NCBI GenBank assembly: GCA_021163105.1
Contig: JAGGXJ010000074.1
Location: 520 to 64,519 of the forward strand
Direction of reading: 5' to 3'
Length of the DNA: 64,000 bases
Source: Syntrophobacterales bacterium
Lineage (GTDB): Bacteria; Desulfobacterota; Syntrophia; Syntrophales; UBA2210
The position numbers were made by a program, and so were the translations under genes. Shown piece after piece: positions 47,787 through 58,600 of the stretch. Under the pieces are notes generated by a model. The model was not told the DNA's origin and ran no database searches. It worked only from the letters and a program-made list of their open reading frames with translations. Numbering within the stretch: position 1 is the stretch's first letter; each line of letters begins with the position of its first letter.

Positions 47787-48437
47787 CTAGACTCCAAATT
47801 GTCTTATAATCAGCAAATATCCCGACTTCACCGAGATTGTCCCCTTTGTCCCAGATAGTCTGTTGCTCACGCCGTACGGTCTTCCAATCTCCATCACTCC
47901 TTCGGAAAGCGGATATCTGAAGCCCTTGAGAGTTATTCCACTAACATCTGTGGACATGGGGATCAGGGAAACCGTTTCGCCCTCTCTGCCATTGATTACA
48001 CACACCCGGTCAATGACAAGAAGCTCACAATCCTTATCCACTATTTTCGCAGCAACACCCCTCTTCGCACACATTACAAGGAGAGATATATTCGCCAGCA
48101 TATGATCGACCCTTCCACCAAGAGCACCCAATATGCGTATTTCATCCGGATCCATTTCGAAGGCGCGCTCAAGCGCTAATTGCGTGTCGGTTTCATCCTT
48201 GTCCCCGGGATATCTGATGATTTTGCTTCCCCCCGCCTCGAAATATCTCAGGATGTCTTCATCGATGGAATCCATGTCACCCACAATAAAATCGGGAGCC
48301 ATATCAAGTTCTTTCAATCTCTGCGCCGCGCCGTCTGCACAGATAATCACCGGATTAGTGACGCTCTTGATCTCATCATAAAGAAACTGCGGATCATTTA
48401 TAACGCCGCCAGATATAATAAAAATCATCTTTCCCAT
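47787..48437 (-). CDS. thiN: thiamine diphosphokinase (TPK)
   Basis: 216 aa: VGDMDS, KDETDTQLA, GGRVDH, and a C-terminal thiamine-binding domain. Confidence 0.85.
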   Translation of the reverse strand: MGKMIFIISGGVINDPQFLYDEIKSVTNPVIICADGAAQRLKELDMAPDFIVGDMDSIDEDILRYFEAGGSKIIRYPGDKDETDTQLALERAFEMDPDEIRILGALGGRVDHMLANISLLVMCAKRGVAAKIVDKDCELLVIDRVCVINGREGETVSLIPMSTDVSGITLKGFRYPLSEGVMEIGRPYGVSNRLSGTKGTISVKSGYLLIIRQFGV

Positions 48438-48461
48438 ACAACCCGCACCTCCCGGAAGAAA

Positions 48462-48494
48462 ACAAAAAAAGGCATACCCGCATCGGGTATGCCT
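48462..48494 (-). terminator. intrinsic terminator (expression platform of the TPP riboswitch)
   Basis: Minus-strand read: AAGGCATACCCG-atg-CGGGTATGCCTT followed by TTTTTTTG, immediately upstream of thiN. Confidence 0.8.
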
Positions 48495-48515
48495 TCAAAA
48501 GATGCTAAACTTTAT

Positions 48516-48600
48516 TTCCCTACGCTGGCATTACCCAGATCCGGTTCAAAGGGTATCATCTCAGCCTGGGATCATTATGCCCAAGCACCCCTGAATCTTC
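48516..48600 (-). promoter_or_regulatory. TPP (THI-box) riboswitch aptamer
   Basis: Minus-strand read: cAGGGGTGCttgggcataatgatcccaGGCTGAGAtgatACCCtttGAACCggATCTGGgTAATGCCAGCGTAGGGAA. All conserved THI-box blocks are present and in the correct order. Confidence 0.92.
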
Positions 48601-48687
48601 AACCTAATATTCTATTCCAAACTTTGATTATAAGCAAGAGAAAATTTCAATTGCAAAAAAATGCCACCTCGTCTGCGAGATTCGCCC

Positions 48688-50313
48688 CTACCCGCAAAAA
48701 ACATCCATCATCCTGAATCTCTCCGCGTCGAACAACCCTTTATCGCTCATCTTTATTTCAGGAATAACAAGAAGTGCCATAAATGAAAGAGCCATAAAGG
48801 GCGCACGCAGTTTTGAACCCATGGCCTTGGCCATATCATTGAGTTTTGTGTATCTGTCGGCCACTACAGCGTAATCCTTGTCACTCATAATACCGGCGAT
48901 CGGCAACGGAAGTATCATCTCCCTGCTTCCCGAAACAGCCCCTATTCCACCGCGGTTGCAGATAACAAGATTGACAGCCCTGCAAACGTCTTCATCGGAA
49001 ACTCCGACGGCCACAATATTGTGAGAGTCATGCGCCACGCTGGATGCGATCGCTCCTCTCTTTATACCAAAATTTCGGACAAAACCCACCGCAGGCTTTG
49101 TGTCCCCGTAGCGATTCACAACTGCCAGCTTGATAATATCTCTGTCTGTATCAGACACCGCACAGCCGTTTTCCATCTTTGGAATTTCAACCAGTTTATC
49201 TGTAAACAGAGTGCCGTCAGAAACCCCTATAACGTTTATCCTGTCCCCTCTGGAGGGAACCGTAAATGCAGTTGGCTCTTTTGAGGTTACATGAAAGTTG
49301 TTGACAATCTTTGAACTCACTCGGGGTATTAACGAAACACCCTCACGTGCCACGGCCCTGCCATTTATATACGTTTCCAGGATATTGAAGTCGGTAAAGT
49401 TGTCAACCCTGATAAAGTCGGCAGGGTCACCTTTGCGAAGCAGCCCCACATTCAGGCAGTAATGCGATACAGGGTTCACCGACGCAACCCTCAGGACCTT
49501 CATGATATCAACACCATAATTGATCGCCCCCGCGACCATATCATTGATGTGACCCTTCAGCAGGTCATCGGGATGTTTGTCATCACTGCAGAACATACAG
49601 CTTTCGTAGTGTTCGTCAAGGAGGGAAAGACATTCTTCAAAGATATCAGCTGCAGATCCTTTGCGAATCTGGACCTTAATACCCTTCTTGATATCTTCAA
49701 GCGCCTCGCCACGCGAAAGACATTCATGGTTTGTTGATATTCCAGAGTTTAAAAGTTTTTCCAGTTCACCTCCGCGTAGACCCGGAGCATGGCCATCCAC
49801 CGGCTTAGAACATTCTACGGCAATTTTGATTTTGTTCATAATATCCTTATCGCCTTTTAGAACTCCGGGGAAATTCATAACTTCACTCAGGTATCCAATC
49901 TCATCCAGTTTGAGCAGTTTTTCTACTTCTCCTACTCCCAGTACGGCGCCCGCTGTCTCAAAGGGCGTTGCCGGAACGCAAGAGGGAGCTCCGAAGCAGA
50001 TTTTTACCTGGGCACTCTTTGCGTCTTCAATCATATATTTCACGCCCTCAATCCCCAGTATATTCGCAATCTCATGCGGATCTGATACGGTGGCAACTGT
50101 GCCGTGCACCGCCGCTATCCTGGAAAATTCAGCCGGCGGGAACATAGAGCTTTCAATATGTATATGAGAATCTACAAAACCGGGCATGATACAGGTGCCA
50201 TAACCTGTTTCTTCCATGATAATGCCGGTTATTCTACCCTCCGAAATCACCAGTGTTCCCGGGTAGATTTCGGAATTAACCACATCAACAATGTTTCCTG
50301 AAATCTTTTCCAT
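48688..50313 (-). CDS. ade: adenine deaminase
   Basis: 541 aa: PGFVDSHIHIESSM, and an amidohydrolase fold with the adenine deaminase C-terminal domain. Confidence 0.85.
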   Translation of the reverse strand: MEKISGNIVDVVNSEIYPGTLVISEGRITGIIMEETGYGTCIMPGFVDSHIHIESSMFPPAEFSRIAAVHGTVATVSDPHEIANILGIEGVKYMIEDAKSAQVKICFGAPSCVPATPFETAGAVLGVGEVEKLLKLDEIGYLSEVMNFPGVLKGDKDIMNKIKIAVECSKPVDGHAPGLRGGELEKLLNSGISTNHECLSRGEALEDIKKGIKVQIRKGSAADIFEECLSLLDEHYESCMFCSDDKHPDDLLKGHINDMVAGAINYGVDIMKVLRVASVNPVSHYCLNVGLLRKGDPADFIRVDNFTDFNILETYINGRAVAREGVSLIPRVSSKIVNNFHVTSKEPTAFTVPSRGDRINVIGVSDGTLFTDKLVEIPKMENGCAVSDTDRDIIKLAVVNRYGDTKPAVGFVRNFGIKRGAIASSVAHDSHNIVAVGVSDEDVCRAVNLVICNRGGIGAVSGSREMILPLPIAGIMSDKDYAVVADRYTKLNDMAKAMGSKLRAPFMALSFMALLVIPEIKMSDKGLFDAERFRMMDVFCG

Positions 50314-50455
50314 ATTCTTTTTAACTCGGGAAACTGAACCCGGATTTTCGATATATCAGCCTGCGAAGAGAGATGTTGAAGATTCCCGTACCGGGCCTGC
50401 TACGTGTTGCAGAGAGGCAACGGGAAATGTGCTTGTTGTCCGGCTCAATAACTGT

Positions 50456-52198
50456 TCATTTCAGGAAATCATATATCTTTTTTATTATGTTTTTCTCCGG
50501 CGAAGAACTCTGCGCCTTTTCAGGAAGCTCTGTGCTCGATTTCGTTACATCTGATTTATTCACTGCGGTGACATTGCTTTTATTCGGACTGATATTCTTC
50601 ACCGGAACTTCGGAATACTCAGAATTTCCAGGTTTTGCCTGTTGAGGTCTTCTCCTTCTCCTGGACGACCTGCTGACGGCCGGCTTTGTCTCCTCTTCGG
50701 CTCCTTCTTCTCCCGCCTCAGGGGCAATTTCTTTTCTCTTTACCTTCTTGACATGAAATTCCCCCCACAGCAGATCGGAATCCCCCGAGATGTAAACAGA
50801 AACATCATGGAGTTCCTCTAATTTGCTTAGCTGGCTTCTCTTATGATTGAGAAGATACCCTGTCACCTCCGGTGGAAGCGTGATGGCGATTTCTGAAGAT
50901 CTTTCCTTTGCCGCTTCGGCTTTAATCCTCCGCAACGCACTGAGTGCCATATATTCTACGGACGGTCTGACCCCATTTCCCCTGCAATAGGGACACACTG
51001 AATAACTGATTTCCTGTATTGTGGACTGCTTCTTCTGGCGTGACAGTTCCAGCATGCCGAATCTGGATATCCTGGCCAGTTGTATCCTGGATCTGTCCAC
51101 CTTTAGCGCGTTCCGGAAGGTCTTCTCCACCTGAGTAATATGATTCTTGTCCATCATATCGATGAAATCGACCACGATGAGCCCCCCAAGGTCCCTCAAG
51201 CGGAGTTGTCTCGCTATCTCTCCAGCCGCTTCCATATTTGTTTTGTATGCGGTCTCTTCCACGTCACGCTTGTTCAGGCGACCTGAGTTCACGTCTATGG
51301 TTATCCCCGCTTCAGTGGGTTCTATCACGATGGATCCACCCGATTTAAGCTTAACGTGCGGCTGATATATCTCGTTTATCTGGTCTTCGATATCATATTG
51401 ATCAAACAGGGGCGTCTCTTCCTTATAAAACTTTATCATTCTTATATTTCTTGGCGAGACAGTTTTGCAGTAGACCCTCATCTTCCGGGCAGTTTCAGGA
51501 TCATCAACCAGTATCTCATTAATATCCGATGTATAATAATCCCTGAACGCCCTGACGGCAAAATCGGTTTCAAGGTATATCAATCCGGGCGATGTTGTCT
51601 TTTCAGATTTTCCTTTTATGTCTTTCCACAGTCTCAACAACATCTGGTAGTCACGGATAAGCTCCTGTTTTGTTCTATTCATGCCGGCGGTGCGAACAAT
51701 AAATCCCATGCCATCCTTTTCAGCTATCTGCTCCACCACCCCTTTGAGTCGCTTCCTGTCTGCTTCACTCTCTATTTTACGGGAAATTCCACTACCCTGC
51801 TTGTTGGGCATAAGGACAAGATACCGGCCAGGAAGTGAAATGCGTGTTGTAAGCATCGCGCCTTTGGCTCCTTTTTCTTCCCTTACAACTTGAACGAGTA
51901 GTTTTTTCCCTGTTGATAGCTTTCTATCTTCACCGAAGTATTCCGACGCTACGTCACGCAGCGGCAGAAAACCGCTTTTGCCGGTACCATAATCCACGAA
52001 AGCCGCCCGCAGTCCCGGTTGTACGTTTTGTACAGTGCCATTGTATATATTACCGGTTGTCGGTTCCTTGACCGACATCCTCACGTTGTATTCCACCAGA
52101 TTGCCGTCTTCAACAACGGCCATTCGGCTTTCTTCTTCATCTATTGTATTTATAAGCATTTTTTTAGTCATCACAATCCTCTTTCTATAGGTACTCAA
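50456..52198 (-). CDS. ribonuclease E/G family endoribonuclease with a Ser/Lys/Arg-rich C-terminal tail
   Basis: 580 aa with an S1 domain (NIYNGTVQNVQPGLRAAFVDYG), a DNase I-like core (GLIVVDFIDM) and the Zn-link CPYCRGNG. Confidence 0.85.
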   Translation of the reverse strand: MSTYRKRIVMTKKMLINTIDEEESRMAVVEDGNLVEYNVRMSVKEPTTGNIYNGTVQNVQPGLRAAFVDYGTGKSGFLPLRDVASEYFGEDRKLSTGKKLLVQVVREEKGAKGAMLTTRISLPGRYLVLMPNKQGSGISRKIESEADRKRLKGVVEQIAEKDGMGFIVRTAGMNRTKQELIRDYQMLLRLWKDIKGKSEKTTSPGLIYLETDFAVRAFRDYYTSDINEILVDDPETARKMRVYCKTVSPRNIRMIKFYKEETPLFDQYDIEDQINEIYQPHVKLKSGGSIVIEPTEAGITIDVNSGRLNKRDVEETAYKTNMEAAGEIARQLRLRDLGGLIVVDFIDMMDKNHITQVEKTFRNALKVDRSRIQLARISRFGMLELSRQKKQSTIQEISYSVCPYCRGNGVRPSVEYMALSALRRIKAEAAKERSSEIAITLPPEVTGYLLNHKRSQLSKLEELHDVSVYISGDSDLLWGEFHVKKVKRKEIAPEAGEEGAEEETKPAVSRSSRRRRRPQQAKPGNSEYSEVPVKNISPNKSNVTAVNKSDVTKSSTELPEKAQSSSPEKNIIKKIYDFLK

Positions 52199-52258
52199 TT
52201 CACTAATGTTCAGAGCTTAACCGTAAACTGTGAACTGTGAACCATTTTTGTATACGTG

Positions 52259-52864
52259 TTAAAATACATCCGGATCACCCTTCCCTTCTCTGACTATCTC
52301 AGGGATATCATCTGTAAGATTCATAACCGTTGACAGTTCAGGGGGCAAAATGCCTCCATCTATAACGAGGTCTATGCAGTGTCCAAATTCTTCTTCTATT
52401 ATGTACGGATCTGTTATTATCTCATCTTCGCGCGATTTTACTGTGGTACTGATTACAGGGCCTCCGAACTCTCTGACAAGAGACAGACATATCTCGTTGT
52501 CCGGAATTCTTATGCCCACCTCTTTTCTCTTTGGCATCAGAATTTTCGGAACAAGTCTGGATGCCCCCAGTATAAAGGTATAGGGACCGGGCAGCAGGCG
52601 TTTCATAACTTTGTATGCATAATTGGTTACCACAGCATAATTGCTTATATCACCAAGGTCAGCACAGATAAAGCTAAATGGCTGTTTTCTGCTCCTCTTT
52701 TTTATTTCATATATTCTCTCGATACCTTTTTTATTAAACAGGTCGCATCCCATTCCATAAGACGTGTCTGTTGGATAAACTACAATACCACCATGATTCA
52801 ACACCTGGGAAGCTTTTTTTATAAGCCGGGTCTGGGGATTTTCAGCATTTATTTTAAGCAGCAT
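52259..52864 (-). CDS. tsaC: L-threonylcarbamoyladenylate synthase (YrdC/TsaC type)
   Basis: 201 aa: GGIVVYPTDTSYGMGCD and the rest of the YrdC domain. Confidence 0.85.
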   Translation of the reverse strand: MLLKINAENPQTRLIKKASQVLNHGGIVVYPTDTSYGMGCDLFNKKGIERIYEIKKRSRKQPFSFICADLGDISNYAVVTNYAYKVMKRLLPGPYTFILGASRLVPKILMPKRKEVGIRIPDNEICLSLVREFGGPVISTTVKSREDEIITDPYIIEEEFGHCIDLVIDGGILPPELSTVMNLTDDIPEIVREGKGDPDVF

Positions 52865-52869
52865 AATCT

Positions 52870-54435
52870 CTATCCATTCTTCATCTTAAGCAGTGTTTTT
52901 ACCTCGGAGCTACCCAAAATAAGTGAACTCAGGGCAAACACGGCAAGCCCTATAACTATCGTAATTATCAGAAACAACAACCTTTCGACAAAAACCCCTT
53001 CGCTGTTCCATACAAAAATATGACTTACAGCAATTATCGACAGCCCCATGACCACAGATGCCAGTGTAGTCCTGAATACAGATGTCCAGAAGCTCCGGTC
53101 AAGAAACTTCCCTACCTTTCTTCTCAATATCACGGCAAGGGCAACGATGTTAACCGCTGAGGAGATTGATGTGGCAAGCGCCAGTCCATTATGTTTCATG
53201 GGGAACATCAATATAATGCCCATTATAACATTCACAAGAAGCGCCGCAACCGCAATTTTTACAGGGGTTCTGGTGTCCTGCATGGCGTAAAACGCGGATA
53301 CGACAACCCTTATGCATGAAAAGGCCCATAGACCAACAGCATAATAAAGCAAAGCCTGAGCGGTAAAGAGCGTTGCCGCGGCATCAAATTTCCCACGCTG
53401 GAAGAGTACGGATATTATAGGCACGCGCAGGACAATCAGGGCAATCATCGCCGGTATAGTGACAAACAGGATCAACCTCAGGGAAAATGATATCGTATCT
53501 TTCAACTCTTCGTACCTTCCCTCGGCCACCTGTTCTGAAAAACTGGGGAGCGACGCTGTTCCCACCGCCATCGCGAATACACCAAGGGGAAGTTGCACCA
53601 CCCTGTCGGCATAGTACAGATATGACACGCTGCCCTCCGGGAGAAGAGATGCCAGGATGGTGTTTATGAATATACTTGTCTGATAGACGGCGGCGCCGAA
53701 CACCGCCGGGAGCATCAGGATGCCTATCTTTTTTATTCCCGGGTGGTCGAAATGAAAATTCGGCTTCAACCTCGCGCCCACCTTGAGCAAAAACGGGATT
53801 TGCAGGGCAAGCTGAAGGATTCCCCCTACCATAACACCCACAGCCAGGGATATTACAGGCTCCCGGAAAAAGTCCCTCAGGAGAAACGCGGAGGCTATCA
53901 TGCAGATATTAAGAATTACCGGAGCGAGGGCAGGCGCCGCAAAGTGCCTGAAGGAATTGAGAATACCCATACACAGCGCGACAAGGGATATAAAAAATAT
54001 ATAGGGAAACATCAGGCGGGTAAGGAATACGGTAAGCGCGTATTTATCCGGGATGTCAGCAAACCCAGGCGCCATGATTCTGATGATCCAGGGGGAAAGC
54101 AATATACCCGCAACCGAGACCAGCGCGAGAACAATGGAAAGAAGAGTAAAGGCGATACCCGCAAATTCAACAGCCTGCCTCTTCGACCTTTTGAGATATC
54201 CGGTAAAAACCGGGATAAAGGCTATGGTAAGGGAACCTTCCGCAAACAGGCGCCGGAGAAGATTGGGGATTCTAAAAGCCACAAAGAAGGCATCGGTAGC
54301 CAGCCCGGCCCCGAAAAATCCTGCTATCACCATGTCCCTGATAAAGCCGAACACTCTGCTCAGCAAAGTCGCAAGCCCGACGACCCACGCCGCTTTAACT
54401 ACGCGGATGTTTTCTGTCTCTTTATGTGGAATCAA
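52870..54435 (-). CDS. murJ: lipid II flippase MurJ
   Basis: 521 aa, about 14 TM helices, N-terminus SRVFGFIRDMVIAGFFGAGLATDAFFVAFRIPNLLRRLFAEGS. Confidence 0.9.
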   Translation of the reverse strand: MIPHKETENIRVVKAAWVVGLATLLSRVFGFIRDMVIAGFFGAGLATDAFFVAFRIPNLLRRLFAEGSLTIAFIPVFTGYLKRSKRQAVEFAGIAFTLLSIVLALVSVAGILLSPWIIRIMAPGFADIPDKYALTVFLTRLMFPYIFFISLVALCMGILNSFRHFAAPALAPVILNICMIASAFLLRDFFREPVISLAVGVMVGGILQLALQIPFLLKVGARLKPNFHFDHPGIKKIGILMLPAVFGAAVYQTSIFINTILASLLPEGSVSYLYYADRVVQLPLGVFAMAVGTASLPSFSEQVAEGRYEELKDTISFSLRLILFVTIPAMIALIVLRVPIISVLFQRGKFDAAATLFTAQALLYYAVGLWAFSCIRVVVSAFYAMQDTRTPVKIAVAALLVNVIMGIILMFPMKHNGLALATSISSAVNIVALAVILRRKVGKFLDRSFWTSVFRTTLASVVMGLSIIAVSHIFVWNSEGVFVERLLFLIITIVIGLAVFALSSLILGSSEVKTLLKMKNG

Positions 54436-54438
54436 GCC

Positions 54439-55095
54439 TTATTCTTCTACCTTGCCATCATCGATAACTGTTTCGTACCCGGCCTTGTTAAGAACTCTGC
54501 AAAGTTCATCTGTATTGTACGTACCAACTCTCACGAGAGTGGGACGAATATTGCTGTCATCTTTGTCTATTGTAGAGAGTATAGACACTATCCTCAACCC
54601 CATATCGTTTATGATATTTGCTACCTTTGCTATTTCACCTATATTGCTCGATAGCCTGAGTTCCACGCGGCAGGTCGGCGTATTATGAACCCCCATAAAA
54701 TCAAGGAGCACCTTTAAAAGATCGCAGGTGGTAATCAGACCAACCAGTTCATCTCCGATCACAACCGGCAAACTATTGACATGTTTATCATTTATTAGCC
54801 TGGCTGCTGCTTCGATAGTAGATTCGGGTGTTGTTGTAAACACCTCTTTGGTCATAACATTTTCTGCCTTCATTTCTGAAAGGAGATAATTAAGCTCATG
54901 GACAGAAAGGGTGTTCGCCGGAGATGGTGAATTGTCTCTGATGTCTCTGTCTGCAATAATGCCTATCAGCTTCTTCCCCTCCACCACGGGAATCTGATCG
55001 ATATGTTTTTCTTCTAAGAGATTCTTTACCTTGAGAATACTTGTATCTCCGGTTACCGTTACAAGATCTCTCGTCATCCTTTTTCCTACAAACAT
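54439..55095 (-). CDS. CBS-pair plus ACT-like domain protein (AcuB-like)
   Basis: 218 aa with two CBS motifs followed by a C-terminal ACT-like fold. Confidence 0.75.
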   Translation of the reverse strand: MFVGKRMTRDLVTVTGDTSILKVKNLLEEKHIDQIPVVEGKKLIGIIADRDIRDNSPSPANTLSVHELNYLLSEMKAENVMTKEVFTTTPESTIEAAARLINDKHVNSLPVVIGDELVGLITTCDLLKVLLDFMGVHNTPTCRVELRLSSNIGEIAKVANIINDMGLRIVSILSTIDKDDSNIRPTLVRVGTYNTDELCRVLNKAGYETVIDDGKVEE

Positions 55096-55119
55096 AACAT
55101 AACCTCCGGCACCATATTT

Positions 55120-55584
55120 TTAAGAGGCAACCCTTGCCAGTATCCTTGTTCTTTTCTTAAGTCTGTTTATTCTTTTCCTGAGACGGTTAACTCCCGTCTT
55201 ATCTCCCTTCTCCTTCAGCTCTTCCTTTTTCTGTTTGAGTATCCCCATCTTTTCTTTCAGGGACGATACCGTCACCGCGGATTTTTCGGGGGTTTTCCCA
55301 GTTTTCTTTTTAGGTTTTTCTTTAACGGGCTCAGAAAAAACTTCTTCTCCCCCTGTTTCCGCAGTTTCTTCGGGCGTCTCTGACGCCTCCTCTTCCGGTA
55401 CCTTTTCCACTGTTTCGGGAGAGACATCTTTCACTATCTCTACAATCTCATCCCGCGCAGCCTTAATAGCGCTTATCAGATCAGCCTTTTTCATAGTGCC
55501 GAGGCCCTCGATCTTCCCGGTATCCCTAGCAATCTCCTTCAACTCTGCTACTGTATGTTCTTCCAAAGCCCTTTCATCTGTCAT
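55120..55584 (-). CDS. small Lys/Glu-rich protein with an N-terminal Rho_N/SAP-like helix-extended-helix motif
   Basis: HTVAELKEIARDTGKIEGLGTMKKADLISAIKAA, then acidic and basic low-complexity sequence. Confidence 0.55.
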   Translation of the reverse strand: MTDERALEEHTVAELKEIARDTGKIEGLGTMKKADLISAIKAARDEIVEIVKDVSPETVEKVPEEEASETPEETAETGGEEVFSEPVKEKPKKKTGKTPEKSAVTVSSLKEKMGILKQKKEELKEKGDKTGVNRLRKRINRLKKRTRILARVAS

Positions 55585-55661
55585 GCTACTCTCCTCCCTT
55601 CATGCCTGAATTATCGTTGAATTTATAGCACAACGGGTCTCTTAAAATCAAATTTAATCAG

Positions 55662-58600
55662 ATGGTTGAAACAGAACAGTCACATTTGGTTTGCTATTAT
55701 CGTAAGAAAATGCATAAATCTCCGCCAAATAGTATAACCGGTCAAGAATTCTTCAACCGGAAACTCGCAACCCGTAACCCGAAGATGGTATTGTCTGATA
55801 TAAAATCACTGCAAAACAGGATACGCTCCGGCGTGAGAAAAGCTCTCTATCCGGACAGGCGTCTTATCACCGGAGAGCTGCGTCTCATAAACAACGCCAT
55901 AAAGAAAGGCAAAGATAGCGAGGGGGCACTGGCAAAGCTCCGCAAATTGGAAAAAAGGCTGAACCTCTCCATAAAAAAGAGGAGTACCCGCCAGAATCAT
56001 CTGCCGGAAATCACTTATCCAGGCATTCTCCCCATAACACAGAAAAAAGATGAAATCATAGAGGCCATAAGGAATCACCAGGTTGTCGTTATTACCGGCG
56101 AGACCGGCTCCGGAAAGACCACACAGATCCCGAAGATGTGCATAGAGGCGGGACGCGGCATAGACGGCATTATCGGATGCACCCAGCCCCGGAGAATCGC
56201 TGCGATAACCGTTGCCCGCAGAATCGCCAATGAATTGAAGGAAGATGTGGGAAGATCTGTCGGCTATAAAATACGATTTAAGAATATAACAAACAAAGAT
56301 ATCCACATCAAACTGATGACGGATGGCATCCTTCTCATGGAAACGCAGTCAGATCCATATCTGAACAGATACGATACGCTGATTATTGACGAAGCGCATG
56401 AGAGAAGCGCGAACATAGATTTTATTCTCGGTATTCTTAAAAGACTTCTCAGTAAAAGAAGAGATCTGAAACTGATAATAACATCAGCAACCATAGACCC
56501 GGAAAAATTCTCAAAGGCATTCAACAATGCACCCATAATAGAGGTGTCTGGACGTATGTATCCCGTGGAGGTACGCTACCGGCCGATTGACCCTGAGACG
56601 GGAGAGGAGGGCGAAACATCTCATGTGGACGCGGCCGTCAGGGCGGTGGGTGAACTGAGCAGGGAAAAACCGGGAGATATCCTCATCTTTATGCCGACAC
56701 AGCAGGATATCGTAGATACATGCGCTATTCTCACTGGAGATAAAAATAGCGATTCGGTAGTGCTTCCCCTCTTCGGCCGCCTGTCGTCTTCACAACAGCA
56801 GCGCGTATTCGCGCGAACAAGGAAAAGAAAAATCGTCGTGGCTACCAATGTGGCCGAGACCTCCATTACCATTCCCGACATTGGCTATGTAATTGATACC
56901 GGCCTCGCGAGAATATCCGAATATAACCCCGGCACAAGAACCAGAAGGCTCCCCGTAAAGGTCATATCAAGAAGCAATGCCATCCAGAGAAAAGGGCGAT
57001 GCGGACGGGTACAGAACGGGGTATGCGTTCGCCTTTACACGAAAGAGGATTACGAGAAACGCCCCCTCTTCACCACTCCGGAGATACTCCGTTCCAACCT
57101 GGCAGAAGTTATACTGAAAATGATCGCCCTGGGAATGGGCAATATCACGTCATTCCCATTTATCGATTCGCCGTCTCCCGGAAATATCAGGGACGGATTC
57201 GCCCTGCTCCGGGAGCTGGGCGCCACAAGATCAGAGGGCAAAAAAATCTTCCTGACAGGCAGGGGAACCGCCATGTCGCGCCTGCCGATAGACCCCAGGC
57301 TTTCACGCATGATCATAGATGCAGAAAAATACGGGTGCATAGAGGAGGTAATTATTATAGCCTCCGCCCTGTCCATCCAAGACCCGAGAGAACGACCCCT
57401 CGAAAAAGAGCAGGAAGCGGACAGAATGCACAAACCCTTTATAAATCCCGCCTCCGATTTTATAACACTTCTGAATATTTGGAACAGATATCATGATATC
57501 CGCAAAGAACTGAAAACACAAAACCGGATGCGCAAATTCTGCAAAGAACATTTCCTGTCATACAGGAGAATAAGAGAATGGCGGGATGTATATGAACAGA
57601 TATCAAACATCCTTAAAGAGACCGGCCACAGGAAGACAAAGAAAACACTGGAGGGAGAATCGCTTTACGAAGGGATACACAAGGCCATTCTCGGCGGCTA
57701 TATTTCAAGCATAGGCGTAAAAAAGGAAAAGAATATATATCTGATGGCAAAGGGGAAAGAGGTCATGATCTTCCCCGGTTCGGGGCTTTTCAACCGCGGC
57801 GGGGACTGGATAGTCTCAGCGGAAATAGTGGAAACATCGCGGGTATTCGCCCGGATCAACGCCGTTATAAATCCTGAGTGGCTGGAAGAAATCGGGGGCA
57901 CTCTCTGCCGCCGAAACTATCTGGAACCGCACTGGGAAAAGAACCGCGGCGAGGTTGTCGCGAACGAGCAGGTAAAACTCTATGGCCTGATAATAATACC
58001 GGGAAGGCCTGTCTCATACGGACGCATAGATCCCGTGGAGGCCACCGGAATATTCATTCGAAGCGCCCTCGTAGAAGGTGATATCAGGACTCCTCTTCCC
58101 TTCCTGATACATAACCGGAATCTGATTGAAGAAGTTACCAATATGGAAGATAAGATACGCAGGAGAAATATCTTGGCAAACGAGGATGTTCTTACCGAAT
58201 TCTACGAGAAACGCGTCGGTATCGCCTACAATATCAGAACTCTTAAAAAACTTATAAAAGACAGGGGCACAGATGATTTTCTCCGGATGACCAGAGAAGA
58301 CATCATGAAATGCCATCCGGAAGAAGAACTTGCCATGTACCCGGATGAAATCATATTGAGGGACAGGGCTTTGTCCTGTTTATACAGTTTCACCCCCGGA
58401 AAGCGGGATGATGGGGTAACGGTACAGGTTCCCTCCGATGTCGCTTCAACACTCCCCCTCGAATCAGCGGACTGGCAGATCCCCGCTTTCTCCAGAGAAA
58501 AGATAACCGCCCTCATAAAAGGGCTCCCTAAAGAGTACAGGAAAAAACTTGTACCCATTCCTCAGACAGTGGATACTATAATACATAATATCAAAAGCAG

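Noticed and set aside
50314-50455. A possible purine riboswitch upstream of adenine deaminase.
   Set aside because: The minus-strand leader shows none of the conserved purine-aptamer loops or junctions (no UAUA...AUAUGG...CUACCGGGCACCGUAAAUGUCCGACUA-like pattern).
53743-54688. 303-aa and 211-aa plus-strand ORFs opposite murJ and the CBS gene.
   Set aside because: The translations are low-complexity K/R/G-rich strings, and the minus-strand genes are well supported.
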